DNA of 64,000 nt from a virus: IMG/VR virus record IMGVR_UViG_3300033120_000623, positions 8,012-72,011 of that record; one strand, written 5' to 3'. The notes beneath the pieces were generated by a model. The model saw only the letters and a list, made by a program, of their open reading frames with translations. It was not told the origin of the DNA and did not search any database. Of this stretch, positions 20,508-30,054 are shown piece by piece. Position 1 is the first letter of the stretch, and every line of letters begins with the position of its first letter. Both the position numbers and the translations under genes were made by a program.

Positions 20508-21827
20508 ATGAGTCAAGTCGTATGGAACACAATAGATCCATTCAATACAAACGGGGAAGAACTAGTAACAATCCTCACGGCGTTTAAAGACGCTGTGATT
20601 TCTGGGATGAAGGGACCTACAAGACCAACGGAAATTGATCCAGGTGGAATGTGGGTTGATGACAGCGAAGAAGCTGGACCTGACTATCTCTGGAAACTAA
20701 CGATGTGGACCGGAGTCGTCGACGTGGTGTTGTTCGTTATCAACATCGACTCGGGAACTATTGCTCCGGCAGGCGGCGTACCTATCACCACAACTCCGGA
20801 TTCAATCTACGGAACTGACGGATCTGGAGATCCCGCACTTTATACATTGGCTTTCTTGCGCAATGAAATTGATGCAGCAGTTGCGGCTTTAGATATTGAT
20901 TGGGATATAGCAGACATTCTTCACAAAGATATTTCTGCCAATGAGACCTACACCTTCTCTAACGTGGCAAATGGTAAGCGCATTCGTATCGTGTTGAAAA
21001 ATACTGCGATCACTAATGTCACAATCACTTTCCCTATGGGCATTGTTTACGAAGAAGGTTTCTCTGCGGTTATTAAAGCCAGCACTACGAAAGTATTTAC
21101 TTTCATTCGTTCAAACGGAATCACGGTTGGATTGTCTGGTGGTGGAGGAAGCGGCACCGGAGCTACTATCGTTGCCAACAATGCTGCACGTGATGCGATT
21201 GCATCCGGAGATCGTTACGACGGTCTTATGGTTTATTCTATTGCTGCGATCACAACGTATCGCCTAGGAGCTGGCTTAACGAATTCGGATTGGACTGTCG
21301 TTGACGGATCTAATCGTGTTTTGAAAGTAGCAGCGGCGAGCAAGATCTACGCAACGAATGGCGCAAGTGCTGAAGTAACGTTGGACTACAACGCGGCTAC
21401 CGGAGCAAGCACAGTTCCAATCCGTACTGCTGACGGATCTATTCGCGGAACAACTTTACCGAACAGTTCTGGCTCCGCGAGTGCTGACGACTTGATCACT
21501 CGTTCCCATTTCGATGCACGCAGAAAAAGACTTACGGGTGTGACAGTGGCAAATGGTGGAACTATCGGAGGTATGACAACTCCTGGAGACTACGAAATTC
21601 ATCTGAAGGCAACTTCAGGTGTTGCAATTTTAAATGCTGCGACTCCGTTCACACTTACTAACTTGGTCGCTGGGAACCGAATCACTTTGGTTTGTACAGA
21701 CGATACTTTGCAAGTGGGTTGGACAACTGCATCTGGACCAATCAAGGGCTTCGACAGAATCCTTGGCAACTTCCAGAACCAAACGTTCCTATACGACGGC
21801 ACTAACTTAATCATGATGAACTACTAA
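20508..21827 (+). CDS. Second tail fibre protein (paralogous N-terminal anchor domain)
   Basis: Its N-terminus MSQVVWNTIDPFNTNGEELVTILTAFKDAV..GMKGPTRPTEI..GG.WVDDS matches the start of the 18276 gene. Confidence 0.55.
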   Translation: MSQVVWNTIDPFNTNGEELVTILTAFKDAVISGMKGPTRPTEIDPGGMWVDDSEEAGPDYLWKLTMWTGVVDVVLFVINIDSGTIAPAGGVPITTTPDSIYGTDGSGDPALYTLAFLRNEIDAAVAALDIDWDIADILHKDISANETYTFSNVANGKRIRIVLKNTAITNVTITFPMGIVYEEGFSAVIKASTTKVFTFIRSNGITVGLSGGGGSGTGATIVANNAARDAIASGDRYDGLMVYSIAAITTYRLGAGLTNSDWTVVDGSNRVLKVAAASKIYATNGASAEVTLDYNAATGASTVPIRTADGSIRGTTLPNSSGSASADDLITRSHFDARRKRLTGVTVANGGTIGGMTTPGDYEIHLKATSGVAILNAATPFTLTNLVAGNRITLVCTDDTLQVGWTTASGPIKGFDRILGNFQNQTFLYDGTNLIMMNY

Positions 21828-21837
21828 GGAGAAGAAG

Positions 21838-23838
21838 ATGAAGAAATTTATTTTAAAAGTGGGGCGTAATCTAATCCCTACCAAACAGTACCTTTACATA
21901 GCGATGGCTGCTTTGATGGCTTACCCTTCAGCGGGATATTCACAAGCAAGCACTCAAGTTATTCAAGCTGGAGCTGCTGACGGTATCGTCGCACCAACCA
22001 ACTACGTGATGAATCAAACGTTCGACCGCAACGTTAATTCAATCCTCAGCAGTGGTTTGGCGACACCTACAGTTGCGACTAGCGGTGCAGATTTAATCAA
22101 GGGAAAAGGTTCTTTGTCTTGGTTGTCTGGAGCAATCGGTGAGTACATTAAAGTACTTGCTGCGACTCCGCAGAATGATCTTAAAGGCAAGTTCTGCATG
22201 GCGTACTTCCAGTATCAATACGCCACTCTTTCTGGAGCTAATAACTTCACGTTTAAATCTTACGTAGAGGATTCTTCCGGTACTAAAATTTCTTCGGAAG
22301 TTTTATTGGCGGCTACCTACGATTCTCTTGGAGTGAACACCGGAGCAACTAACTTTGCCGTCATTCCTAACTTCCCATGTAACACAACTAACGGATCTCG
22401 CGTTGTTGTGGAGCGCACAGTTGCGGCAACTACTTTATTCGCAATGGATGAAGTGTTCTTAGTTGAGTACAAAGGGACTACGGTCCCTGATGGCGCTTCA
22501 TTCTTCGGAGGAGCGGAGCAATTTGGTGCGGGGTCTTGTACTTATGCTGAATCTACTTCTTCTGGAGGAACTAACTTCGTGGCTCTCGGCACGGGTTCCG
22601 GATGTTTGGCTTGGTCAGTAACAGGAAGAGTTGTTTCAACAGCGACCAATGATCACAGAATTGCTTTAGTTACTCCTGGTCCTGGTGTTTACCAAGTTGA
22701 GATTACCGGAGGCTTCTGGCTTCAGGCAGCAGGTACTTGTATCTTCAGACTTTCCGACGGGACTAACACTTGGCAGCCTCAAGTTATCTTTGGTCAAGTT
22801 GCAACAGCCCTAGAGACGAACGTATTAAAATTTGCAGTAACGGTATCTCAACAACAATCATCCAATCTAACACTCACACTTCAAGCGGCGGATACTCAGG
22901 CCACGGGCTGCGCAGTGGACAACACCAATGCTGGCGCGATGATGTCCTGGAAGGTTTACAGATTCCCTGCAAATAATCTAGCTTATTCAAATGTGATGAC
23001 CGCGCAGAACTGGAACTTCGATTGGAGAAATTGTCCAGGTACTATTACTGCTACATGGACCACTAATGCTAACGTAACCTGTAAATGGAAGCGTCAAGGC
23101 GGAGATGCATTCTTTGATGTTAACGTAAATACTACTGGAGTTCCAAGTCCTTCGGTATCTTTGGTTTTAACACTTTGGGCAGGTATCGCTTTCGACACTT
23201 CTAGGATGACCGCTGGCTCTAATGACGCTCAGTTATTTATGGGTGCATCGGGTTCGGTAATTGATACCGCCGTAAATACTTATGGAGCAGTTCCGATCTT
23301 AAATACTACTACCAGTTTCCGACCTATTTTATGGGGTGCAGGTGGAACATATACTGCGGCTGGGTCAGTAAACGTTACTACGCCACACTCGTTCGGATCT
23401 GGAGATACAATCAATTTGAAATTCTCAGTACCATTAACTGAGAACGGCATTCCTTGGACTGAGACTTATAACGCCCTTCAGTTGGCGGGAAGCTTTACAT
23501 CTGGAAATACCTTTACGGCTTACAAGCACGAATTTGGTCTGATCACTGGTGGAGCTTACCCAACAAACTGTACGACAAATCCTTGTACAGTTATGGATAA
23601 CTCAGCTCCTTTCACAGTGGGAAGAACAAGTGCGGGTATCTACACGATCACTTTCCCTACTGGAACTTGGACTGGTGCAAATTACGTATGTACTCACTCG
23701 CTCTTGAATTACGTGGGTTCGCCTTCCATTTGCTACTTCGGAACTAGAACTCAAACGACAACCGGGATCACTTGTACAACCGCTGCCGGAGCTGCTAATG
23801 ATGTAGCGATGGCCATCGACTGTAAAGGACCGAGGTAA
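21838..23838 (+). CDS. Large Thr/Gly/Ser/Asn-rich beta-rich protein with N-terminal signal-peptide-like segment; putative receptor-binding or depolymerase-like tail-associated protein
   Basis: AAGGAGAAG RBS. The N-terminus MKKF...LYIAMAALMAYPSAGYS/QA looks like a signal peptide. 666 aa. Confidence 0.5.
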   Translation: MKKFILKVGRNLIPTKQYLYIAMAALMAYPSAGYSQASTQVIQAGAADGIVAPTNYVMNQTFDRNVNSILSSGLATPTVATSGADLIKGKGSLSWLSGAIGEYIKVLAATPQNDLKGKFCMAYFQYQYATLSGANNFTFKSYVEDSSGTKISSEVLLAATYDSLGVNTGATNFAVIPNFPCNTTNGSRVVVERTVAATTLFAMDEVFLVEYKGTTVPDGASFFGGAEQFGAGSCTYAESTSSGGTNFVALGTGSGCLAWSVTGRVVSTATNDHRIALVTPGPGVYQVEITGGFWLQAAGTCIFRLSDGTNTWQPQVIFGQVATALETNVLKFAVTVSQQQSSNLTLTLQAADTQATGCAVDNTNAGAMMSWKVYRFPANNLAYSNVMTAQNWNFDWRNCPGTITATWTTNANVTCKWKRQGGDAFFDVNVNTTGVPSPSVSLVLTLWAGIAFDTSRMTAGSNDAQLFMGASGSVIDTAVNTYGAVPILNTTTSFRPILWGAGGTYTAAGSVNVTTPHSFGSGDTINLKFSVPLTENGIPWTETYNALQLAGSFTSGNTFTAYKHEFGLITGGAYPTNCTTNPCTVMDNSAPFTVGRTSAGIYTITFPTGTWTGANYVCTHSLLNYVGSPSICYFGTRTQTTTGITCTTAAGAANDVAMAIDCKGPR

Positions 23839-23840
23839 CT

Positions 23841-24302
23841 ATGTTAACACTTCAAGTTGCCTTCACCCGAGAGATCAAACCGGATTGGTTGTCTAGAAAA
23901 ATCATGGAGAAGTTAAGAACTAATTTCTCCCACGTTTTCTTTATCTACAAAGAAAGCGTATTCCACGCAACTGGCAAAGGGGTACACTCAGTACCCCTGG
24001 CCGAGTACCTTAAGACTCACTACATCGTGGACCAATACGACGTGGATTTCCCCAACGTCTCTGAAGACTTTTTCCTTGGATACACGGCTGGCGCGGCGGG
24101 TAAGGAATACTCTTCAAGCCAATACCTTGGTTTCCTATTTCCGAAGTTGCAGAAGTTTGTAACTAACGGATCGGAGAAAGAGATTTGTTCAGAGCTGGTG
24201 ACAAAATTTATTCGAGACTACAAGCCTTGCAAGCTTCCAAAAGAACCGGACTTCATGAGTCCTCTCGACGCACAAATTTTGTGCAAGAGTTTTATCAAAT
24301 GA
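23841..24302 (+). CDS. Hypothetical protein
   Basis: 153 aa. Tightly coupled to flanking genes. Confidence 0.45.
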   Translation: MLTLQVAFTREIKPDWLSRKIMEKLRTNFSHVFFIYKESVFHATGKGVHSVPLAEYLKTHYIVDQYDVDFPNVSEDFFLGYTAGAAGKEYSSSQYLGFLFPKLQKFVTNGSEKEICSELVTKFIRDYKPCKLPKEPDFMSPLDAQILCKSFIK

Positions 24303-24721
24303 CTGAGCTACAGGGGATTAAAGAATGGGCTGCCGCCGTTATCCACAAATGGGGCATCCCAATAGCTTCGGGAATTATTGTAGTCATTACTCCTATTCAC
24401 CCAGTGCTACTAGTTGTGATTCTTTTAGTACTGGCAAATGCATTCGTAGGAGCCTGGGCCGCAAGTAAAAACAAGGAGCCAGTTACGATAACAAGTTTCA
24501 TGGCCTTCGCTCCCAAGTTGTTCCTTTACTTATTTATTCTCATCGTCTTTTTCTTCGTTGAGATATTTGTTTGGAAAGGATTAGTCCCCGCTGTTACCGG
24601 AATTTCTTCAGCAATTTGTGTGCGTGAAGGAATCATACTTCTGAAGAACTCAGGAGTGATTATTGGAGAGCCGATCTTCAAGTACGTTATCAATAAGTTA
24701 AACAGGGATACCGAGAAATGA
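24299..24721 (+). CDS. Holin-like small membrane protein (3 predicted TM segments)
   Basis: ATGA overlap with the upstream gene. 140 aa with three long hydrophobic stretches. Confidence 0.5.
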   Translation: MTELQGIKEWAAAVIHKWGIPIASGIIVVITPIHPVLLVVILLVLANAFVGAWAASKNKEPVTITSFMAFAPKLFLYLFILIVFFFVEIFVWKGLVPAVTGISSAICVREGIILLKNSGVIIGEPIFKYVINKLNRDTEK

Positions 24722-24882
24722 GGGACATCGTGAAAGTAGTAATCGGAGAGTTCACAATCGAAACCGACTTAACTGGCAAAACAGTCATCTATAAAAACTC
24801 TCTTCGCATGAGAGTGGTGACGCCAGAGATCCAAAAGAAACTAGAAGCAGCTTTAGAACAAATTGTTACTGACGAAAACTAA
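24718..24882 (+). CDS. Small hypothetical protein (54 aa), below ORF-track cutoff
   Basis: ATGA overlap with the holin stop. Verified codon by codon: MRDIVKVVIGEF...IVTDEN. Confidence 0.3.
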   Translation: MRDIVKVVIGEFTIETDLTGKTVIYKNSLRMRVVTPEIQKKLEAALEQIVTDEN

Positions 24883-24906
24883 ACAACCCAAGTCCAAGGA
24901 GGACCT

Positions 24907-25131
24907 ATGACAACAGAAGAAATCAAATCCGCACTACAAGCTAAAGCGAAAGAGCTAGGCTTGAAACATGGTAAAGCTGCGCTTCACGATGTTAACCAAG
25001 AATTGCTTCCACTAGCGGTTCAATTATTGTGCTCGGTTATCCCAGGTACAATCGACGACAACATCGCAGCAGTTGGAACTCCGTTACTAGTGTCTGCACT
25101 AGACGAAGCTATCGACGGCATCGGCGCGTAG
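24907..25131 (+). CDS. Hypothetical small protein
   Basis: AAGGAGG RBS; 74 aa. Confidence 0.45.
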   Translation: MTTEEIKSALQAKAKELGLKHGKAALHDVNQELLPLAVQLLCSVIPGTIDDNIAAVGTPLLVSALDEAIDGIGA

Positions 25132-25132
25132 T

Positions 25133-25438
25133 ATGAAGTTACAGCTTGCACGTTTTGCCAAATACATACTCGACTCTGCTCTATTTAAAAACGCAGTTGT
25201 AGACGCTATCGTGCAGGCTGGTGGGGCCACTTCAATTTTCTTGAAGTGGCTTTACGAATGGCTTGCCGGGAAGCTCTTTGAGTTTGTCCGAAAATATATT
25301 CGCAGGGAAGTTATCGCAGTAGAAACAAAAGAAGAGAGGAAGCCGTCAGATGAAAAAGTCGAAGCAGTTATTAAGAATCCAGAATCCACTCCTGAAGAGA
25401 TTCGCAATGCTGGTCGCAACGGTATTAACGGCGACTAG
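25133..25438 (+). CDS. Hypothetical protein (possible i-spanin-like partner)
   Basis: 101 aa. Its 3' end overlaps the start of a lipoprotein gene in another frame, an Rz/Rz1-like arrangement. Confidence 0.35.
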   Translation: MKLQLARFAKYILDSALFKNAVVDAIVQAGGATSIFLKWLYEWLAGKLFEFVRKYIRREVIAVETKEERKPSDEKVEAVIKNPESTPEEIRNAGRNGINGD

Positions 25439-25697
25439 CTTCCTCGGATGTGCTGATCTTCCTAAAGTTACTTTGAACCAACTAGACACAAAGCACGGAG
25501 TGGTGAACCCATTCCGTATTGTTCGTTACGACGAGAACAAATGTGTAGCGGTTCTTGAAGACGAAGATCCGTTCCCTATATCCAACGGTAAACTCCACGG
25601 CGGCTACTGCCTTTCGTGGGACGATTATAAGTTGGTACGCAATTACTTAATCACTCAATGCAAAAATGCGAAAGATGAAAGGGAGAGAAAGAAATGA
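25350..25697 (+). CDS. Lipoprotein (possible o-spanin)
   Basis: Lipobox ...ATSFLG-C in the signal peptide. GAGGA RBS. Overlaps the upstream gene. Confidence 0.4.
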   Translation: MKKSKQLLRIQNPLLKRFAMLVATVLTATSFLGCADLPKVTLNQLDTKHGVVNPFRIVRYDENKCVAVLEDEDPFPISNGKLHGGYCLSWDDYKLVRNYLITQCKNAKDERERKK

Positions 25698-25966
25698 AAT
25701 TAGTATTCATGAGACTAGAAGCAGCGATGCCGGGAAATTATAGCTACTGTTGCATGAAGCTTCCGGGCGATCACCCGCACGAAGAAGCAATCTACAAACA
25801 AATGGGCCACAAGGTATTTGATATCCCTGAAGAGACAGCTCTTGAAATGTTAGAAGCTCAAGGCAAGGCATTTCAACATGAATACCGAGTCGGTCACATC
25901 TGGGAGAACGACGGCCTAACTGGTGGAACGCATAAAGGAATGGCAGATGATAAACAACCTAGTTGA
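25694..25966 (+). CDS. Hypothetical Cys/His-rich small protein
   Basis: 90 aa; ATGA overlap. Confidence 0.4.
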   Translation: MKLVFMRLEAAMPGNYSYCCMKLPGDHPHEEAIYKQMGHKVFDIPEETALEMLEAQGKAFQHEYRVGHIWENDGLTGGTHKGMADDKQPS

Positions 25967-26543
25967 AAAAGTAGTCAACCTCCTAGCTCCGAAACAAATG
26001 TGGCCGAAGCATCGTCCATACATGTCGTTGGGAGCCGCTCTTACCATTGCTCAAAACAATGGTATAAATATTGAGAAGGAAGTTTGCATCATCAACGTTC
26101 GCGGCTTCTACAATAAGAAGAACAACAAACGTGGCGTGTACGATGATGCGGGATTTATTCTTTCCCCTTCCCTGTTTGAATCATTCAACGTGAACACCGA
26201 CCCAGGTGCTTACCGCGAAAAGATCGCAACACTAGATCTAGGTGTTTGGACCTACAAGATTGGTATCCATGGTTTGAACAAGCTACGTATCTTCCGCTAC
26301 AAGGCACTAGTACAAGCAGAAGAAGTAGTTGTTCTCCGGGACAAACTGATCGGCAAGTTCAAAGGGTTCTTTGGAATCAACTACCACAAAGGTGCCAACG
26401 ACAAGCCAAGCTCTCTTGGATGTCAAACAGTTGTGCCGCCGCAGTGGCCGGAGTTTATCGGAACAGTAGAAACTCAAATGAAGAAGTACGGACAGAAAAC
26501 AATTAAACTGATAGTAGTGGAGATGCGCGATGACTATATTTAA
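25923..26543 (+). CDS. Hypothetical protein (candidate endolysin of unknown fold)
   Basis: 206 aa in the lysis region. No motif was recognised. Confidence 0.35.
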   Translation: MERIKEWQMINNLVEKVVNLLAPKQMWPKHRPYMSLGAALTIAQNNGINIEKEVCIINVRGFYNKKNNKRGVYDDAGFILSPSLFESFNVNTDPGAYREKIATLDLGVWTYKIGIHGLNKLRIFRYKALVQAEEVVVLRDKLIGKFKGFFGINYHKGANDKPSSLGCQTVVPPQWPEFIGTVETQMKKYGQKTIKLIVVEMRDDYI

Positions 26544-27261
26544 CCTTTTACTAATCACCCTTTTACTTGCCGGATGTGCTGGCAACCTTAAGAAGAACGA
26601 CGCGGCAGTGTTGCCTCCGGTTGAAGTGGCGGCACCTGCTTTAGTTGAAGAGCCAACTAATCCACGTATCGCTTTGTACTGGGAACACACAGACGCTTCC
26701 CATCCTGAACGTGCGCCGTGGACTGATGCTCTCGTTGCGGAGATCCGTCGCGACCTTGCGAAGTACGAAGCGGCTTCAGACATCACAACGTTTTGTCCTA
26801 AGTTTAAGAAGCTAGATACTGAATCAAAGATCAAAGCCATCGGAGAGCTTTGGGTTGGTATCACGTATTATGAGTCTGGTTTTGATCCGCAGGAGACCTA
26901 CCGGGAGTGCAGCAAGACTGAATGTAAATACGGCAGCGGATGCAATTACATTAAACCTTATGGCTATTGTATGAAGGGTCCAGCTAAGTACGACAACGGT
27001 ATGGTGGTTTCAAAAGGTCTAGGTCAGATGTCTATTGGTTCGTCATTAGACTACGGCTGTGACCTCGAAAAGCCTGATGACCTGTACAACCCTATTAAGA
27101 ATTTGGTGTGCGCTAATAAGATCATGGGCAAGCAAATCGCTCGCACCGGGAAGATGACCGGATCAAGCAACTACTGGGCAGTGCTCAAAGGAAGCTATAG
27201 TAAGAATCATATTTCTGATATTGCAAAGCGCGTTAAACGATACGCAATTTCTTGCAATTAA
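26530..27261 (+). CDS. Lipoprotein with SLT-like lytic transglycosylase motifs and Cys-rich insertion
   Basis: Lipobox LLLAG-C. Motifs YYES...GLGQMS...LYNP resemble the ES / GLMQ / AYN pattern of family-1 lytic transglycosylases. Confidence 0.45.
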   Translation: MTIFNLLLITLLLAGCAGNLKKNDAAVLPPVEVAAPALVEEPTNPRIALYWEHTDASHPERAPWTDALVAEIRRDLAKYEAASDITTFCPKFKKLDTESKIKAIGELWVGITYYESGFDPQETYRECSKTECKYGSGCNYIKPYGYCMKGPAKYDNGMVVSKGLGQMSIGSSLDYGCDLEKPDDLYNPIKNLVCANKIMGKQIARTGKMTGSSNYWAVLKGSYSKNHISDIAKRVKRYAISCN

Positions 27262-27315
27262 AGGCGCGATAGGTAATCTGAATATACCTTTTGCTGAGGC
27301 GTGCTTCTTGTTTTA

Positions 27316-27349
27316 CCCGGCTAGCTGTAACCTAGCCGGGTTTTTATTT
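27316..27349 (+). terminator. Rho-independent terminator ending the rightward late/lysis operon
   Basis: CCCGGCTAG-ctgtaac-CTAGCCGGG followed by TTTTTATTT. Confidence 0.6.
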
Positions 27350-27351
27350 GC

Positions 27352-27600
27352 CTAATCTTCTTCAAGGGAATCCGAAATCCCGTTTGAATTTTCTTTGTCC
27401 TCGTAAGGGTTGGGACTTAAATCGTACACGTAGATAATAACAGCGTGCATTTGAATATCTTTGCCATCCAGCTTACTGCGAAGAGTGAGTCTGTTACCTT
27501 GTAAAGTAACTCCCATAGTTTCCGCGCATTTATTTCTGAACACTGCTAGAGCCCTGTCTCTTTCCGGGTCCTCGGCCAATTTATAAATATCATTTTTCAT
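27352..27600 (-). CDS. Hypothetical protein (82 aa), last gene of leftward array
   Basis: ORF co-directional with the minus-strand early array. Confidence 0.45.
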   Translation of the reverse strand: MKNDIYKLAEDPERDRALAVFRNKCAETMGVTLQGNRLTLRSKLDGKDIQMHAVIIYVYDLSPNPYEDKENSNGISDSLEED

Positions 27601-27754
27601 TGGTAGCTTCTTCGGCCTTAAGAGCCTCTTCAGCTTCCTTCATGTAGTTGCTCCAGCCAAGTGGTGCGTTGTCGTTCTTCAATTCAGAAAGTTCAAAAGC
27701 TTTCTTCCAAATTGGATTCTTGTTGATCACGTTCATATCGTAAGTTGGGTCCAT

Positions 27755-28159
27755 TTATTTCTCCTTCGTCTTTCCTAAATACTCGGGGCTTGTAGCTCCG
27801 GTGTGTTCTGCCGATCCAAAATATTCCCATCCACTTCTTCCTGGCGGAAAGCTGTAGCTATCAAGTCCCATGCACTCGTGAAGAGTTTTCTTGCCGGGAA
27901 CTTTACACGGGATCATTTTATTCTTGGGCGTGTTTTCTAGTTCTTCCATGACTTTGTTTTCCATGTAAGCATGAGAAGCTTTTCTAATTTCCTCGCTGAG
28001 GAATCCACAGGCCCAGAGACAAAGCATTCCCGCCACAGTTGCGAACATGAATCTTTTGTCTTTGTGTTGAGATGCTAGGAATCCTGAGTACACCAGGAGG
28101 AAGCATCCACCACAGAATAGAACTATTTTTAAAATCACTAATAGAAGAAACGTTGTCAT
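27755..28159 (-). CDS. Small membrane protein (2 TM)
   Basis: Internal Met start (MTTFLLLVIL...) gives an ATGA-type junction with the upstream gene. The ORF track extends to 28234. Confidence 0.45.
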   Translation of the reverse strand: MTTFLLLVILKIVLFCGGCFLLVYSGFLASQHKDKRFMFATVAGMLCLWACGFLSEEIRKASHAYMENKVMEELENTPKNKMIPCKVPGKKTLHECMGLDSYSFPPGRSGWEYFGSAEHTGATSPEYLGKTKEK

Positions 28160-28509
28160 ACTTTCACACAATCTGGACAAGGATAGATTCCGTCCTGAAT
28201 AATAATTCTCTTTGTTCCGAAACAGTTGGAGCAAGAAGCTAAGGTTTCTCCCTTAAGTCTCGCCCACTCTTTCTCAAATAAGTTTCTCGTGGTATCGTTG
28301 AAACTATTAAACAGCATCCCTACAGACAGTTGGGCGATCACCACTTCTTGGCCGTTACCTGTAGACATGATCAACCCTAAACTAGGGCGGTTGTCTCTGG
28401 TCCCCTCAGGAAAGACATACATCTTAGAGGGTATCAATTGAACCATGTGCTCCGGAAGGGGAGCTGATTCATCCTTGCCTAGGAGTATTGTTTTGAGTGG
28501 CGGAATCAT
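28156..28509 (-). CDS. Hypothetical protein with C-terminal CxxC...CxxC zinc ribbon
   Basis: ...CSNCFG...CPDC... at the C-terminus. Confidence 0.45.
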   Translation of the reverse strand: MIPPLKTILLGKDESAPLPEHMVQLIPSKMYVFPEGTRDNRPSLGLIMSTGNGQEVVIAQLSVGMLFNSFNDTTRNLFEKEWARLKGETLASCSNCFGTKRIIIQDGIYPCPDCVKV

Positions 28510-28510
28510 A

Positions 28511-28915
28511 CTACAATCTTCTTCCCGAAGAGTCGTAGCCCAGATTCCCTCTGTCTAGAAAGTATTGAACGCAACTAGTTTCTTCATAATTACTCCAAGC
28601 AAGCCCGTGGCTGAATAATTGCCTAGTTACTTCAACGTTAGGACATGTAGCAAGAAACTTCTGTGCTTTCTTAGGAGTAATCTCCCAAGCCTTCTTACAT
28701 TCCTTTACCGTTTTCTCCAGAGCTTTTAAATTCTCTTCTTCCATTTTCTTCCGGCGTTCCTTCGCAAACTCTGCTATCTCCCGACACATCTGAGAAGGTA
28801 GTTTCTGCGCGGCCACTACATTAGTTATCTTAGATTCTTTTACAATCTCTTCTTCAGTTACAGCCTTCACGCATCCGGTGGCTAGCAGCAACACCAGTAA
28901 TAAAATTATTTTCAT
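28511..28915 (-). CDS. Lipoprotein
   Basis: MKIILLLVLLLATG-C lipobox. Confidence 0.5.
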   Translation of the reverse strand: MKIILLLVLLLATGCVKAVTEEEIVKESKITNVVAAQKLPSQMCREIAEFAKERRKKMEEENLKALEKTVKECKKAWEITPKKAQKFLATCPNVEVTRQLFSHGLAWSNYEETSCVQYFLDRGNLGYDSSGRRL

Positions 28916-29700
28916 GTGACACTCCCATCAGGAATTAATACGCCTCTAGGCTTTGTTATTTCAGTTGTTATTTCTTTTGCTACGAACTTACAGTGGTCGT
29001 ACATAGCATCGTCAAATCTTGCCACTAAAATAGCAGTTATTGACTCTTCTATTCTAGTCACTTCTTCTTTGATCCGAGCTTCTACTTCTTCCCGTATTGC
29101 TTTGTCGCGAGAAGATTCGCCGAAGATCATTTCCTCTTTAAAGAAAGTAACTTCATCTTCAATGAAGGAAGCTATTTCCATATTAAGAGTTTTGTTACGA
29201 CTCCAAGTTTTGCCTTGGCCACGGGGAAACAATTTTATTTCCTTCGCATCAGATGCAGTGATGCCTTCTAAGATCTTCTTTTGATATTCTTTCACAGGGA
29301 ACATGTGACCGTCTAAGAGCTTCTTCAACTGCACCGACAGAGGTTCTTTATAATCCTCCGGAGAAACTTTATATTCCGTTACTTCAGTCTTCTCCCACTT
29401 GGGCATCTCCCCTCCTTCAAACATAACGTTACTTGAAGCAGTGATGCGCCCTCTTGCAAAGCGGGGAGCTAAGAATGGGCCGGATCTTTGGCAAACAGAT
29501 TCAACAATGGACTTACCCATTATAGGAGAGTCGGGACCACTGGCGTGTTTAATATGATAAGCGGTGCCATCGGGCCCGATAACATCCACAACGGGTTTTA
29601 TTGTAGGGTTGTATTTTTCTCTTTCACAACTCTCACAAGTAGAACCTGGATCTTCGGCCACTGGCTCGTGGCAATTATCGCACTCAAAGTATTCCCGCAT
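28912..29700 (-). CDS. Hypothetical protein with N-terminal zinc ribbon
   Basis: CDNC...CESC within the first 25 aa; 262 aa. Confidence 0.5.
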   Translation of the reverse strand: MREYFECDNCHEPVAEDPGSTCESCEREKYNPTIKPVVDVIGPDGTAYHIKHASGPDSPIMGKSIVESVCQRSGPFLAPRFARGRITASSNVMFEGGEMPKWEKTEVTEYKVSPEDYKEPLSVQLKKLLDGHMFPVKEYQKKILEGITASDAKEIKLFPRGQGKTWSRNKTLNMEIASFIEDEVTFFKEEMIFGESSRDKAIREEVEARIKEEVTRIEESITAILVARFDDAMYDHCKFVAKEITTEITKPRGVLIPDGSVT

Positions 29701-30050
29701 TAGTGCATTCCCTTTTCAACACAAACAGGCATCCCAGCGTAATTTTTTAAGAGGACACCTTTCTGCTTACTGCAATCTTCCACGATGTCTACCATTCCCA
29801 TGATGAAGAATATCACTAGGACAATAGCCCCTAAGATAATCACACCTCTCCAAAATTCTCTGCTCATTTTATTTCCCCAATTCTTTTTAAAGGTTGCTTC
29901 AACCGTAAATTTATTATCGCAATGCTCATTAGCGCAGGTGAAAGTTAATCCATTCCTTATCATCCGTCGCATAGTACTGCAACGAAGGCAGTACGGCTGG
30001 TAGTCTGGATCATCCAATATTTTAGAAGTAGTAAAATCATCCATTACCAT
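29700..30050 (-). CDS. Zn-ribbon protein with C-terminal TM
   Basis: CLRC...CANEHC plus a hydrophobic C-terminal helix. Confidence 0.45.
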   Translation of the reverse strand: MVMDDFTTSKILDDPDYQPYCLRCSTMRRMIRNGLTFTCANEHCDNKFTVEATFKKNWGNKMSREFWRGVIILGAIVLVIFFIMGMVDIVEDCSKQKGVLLKNYAGMPVCVEKGMH

Positions 30051-30054
30051 TCCT

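Noticed and set aside
27601-27752. Apparent small minus-strand gene filling the 150-nt gap between 27352..27600 and 27755..28234
   Set aside because: My first-pass translation suggested about 54 aa. Codon-by-codon re-translation shows a stop after 19 codons (MDPTYDMNVIKESNLEESF*). Only tiny peptides are possible, so it is not called.
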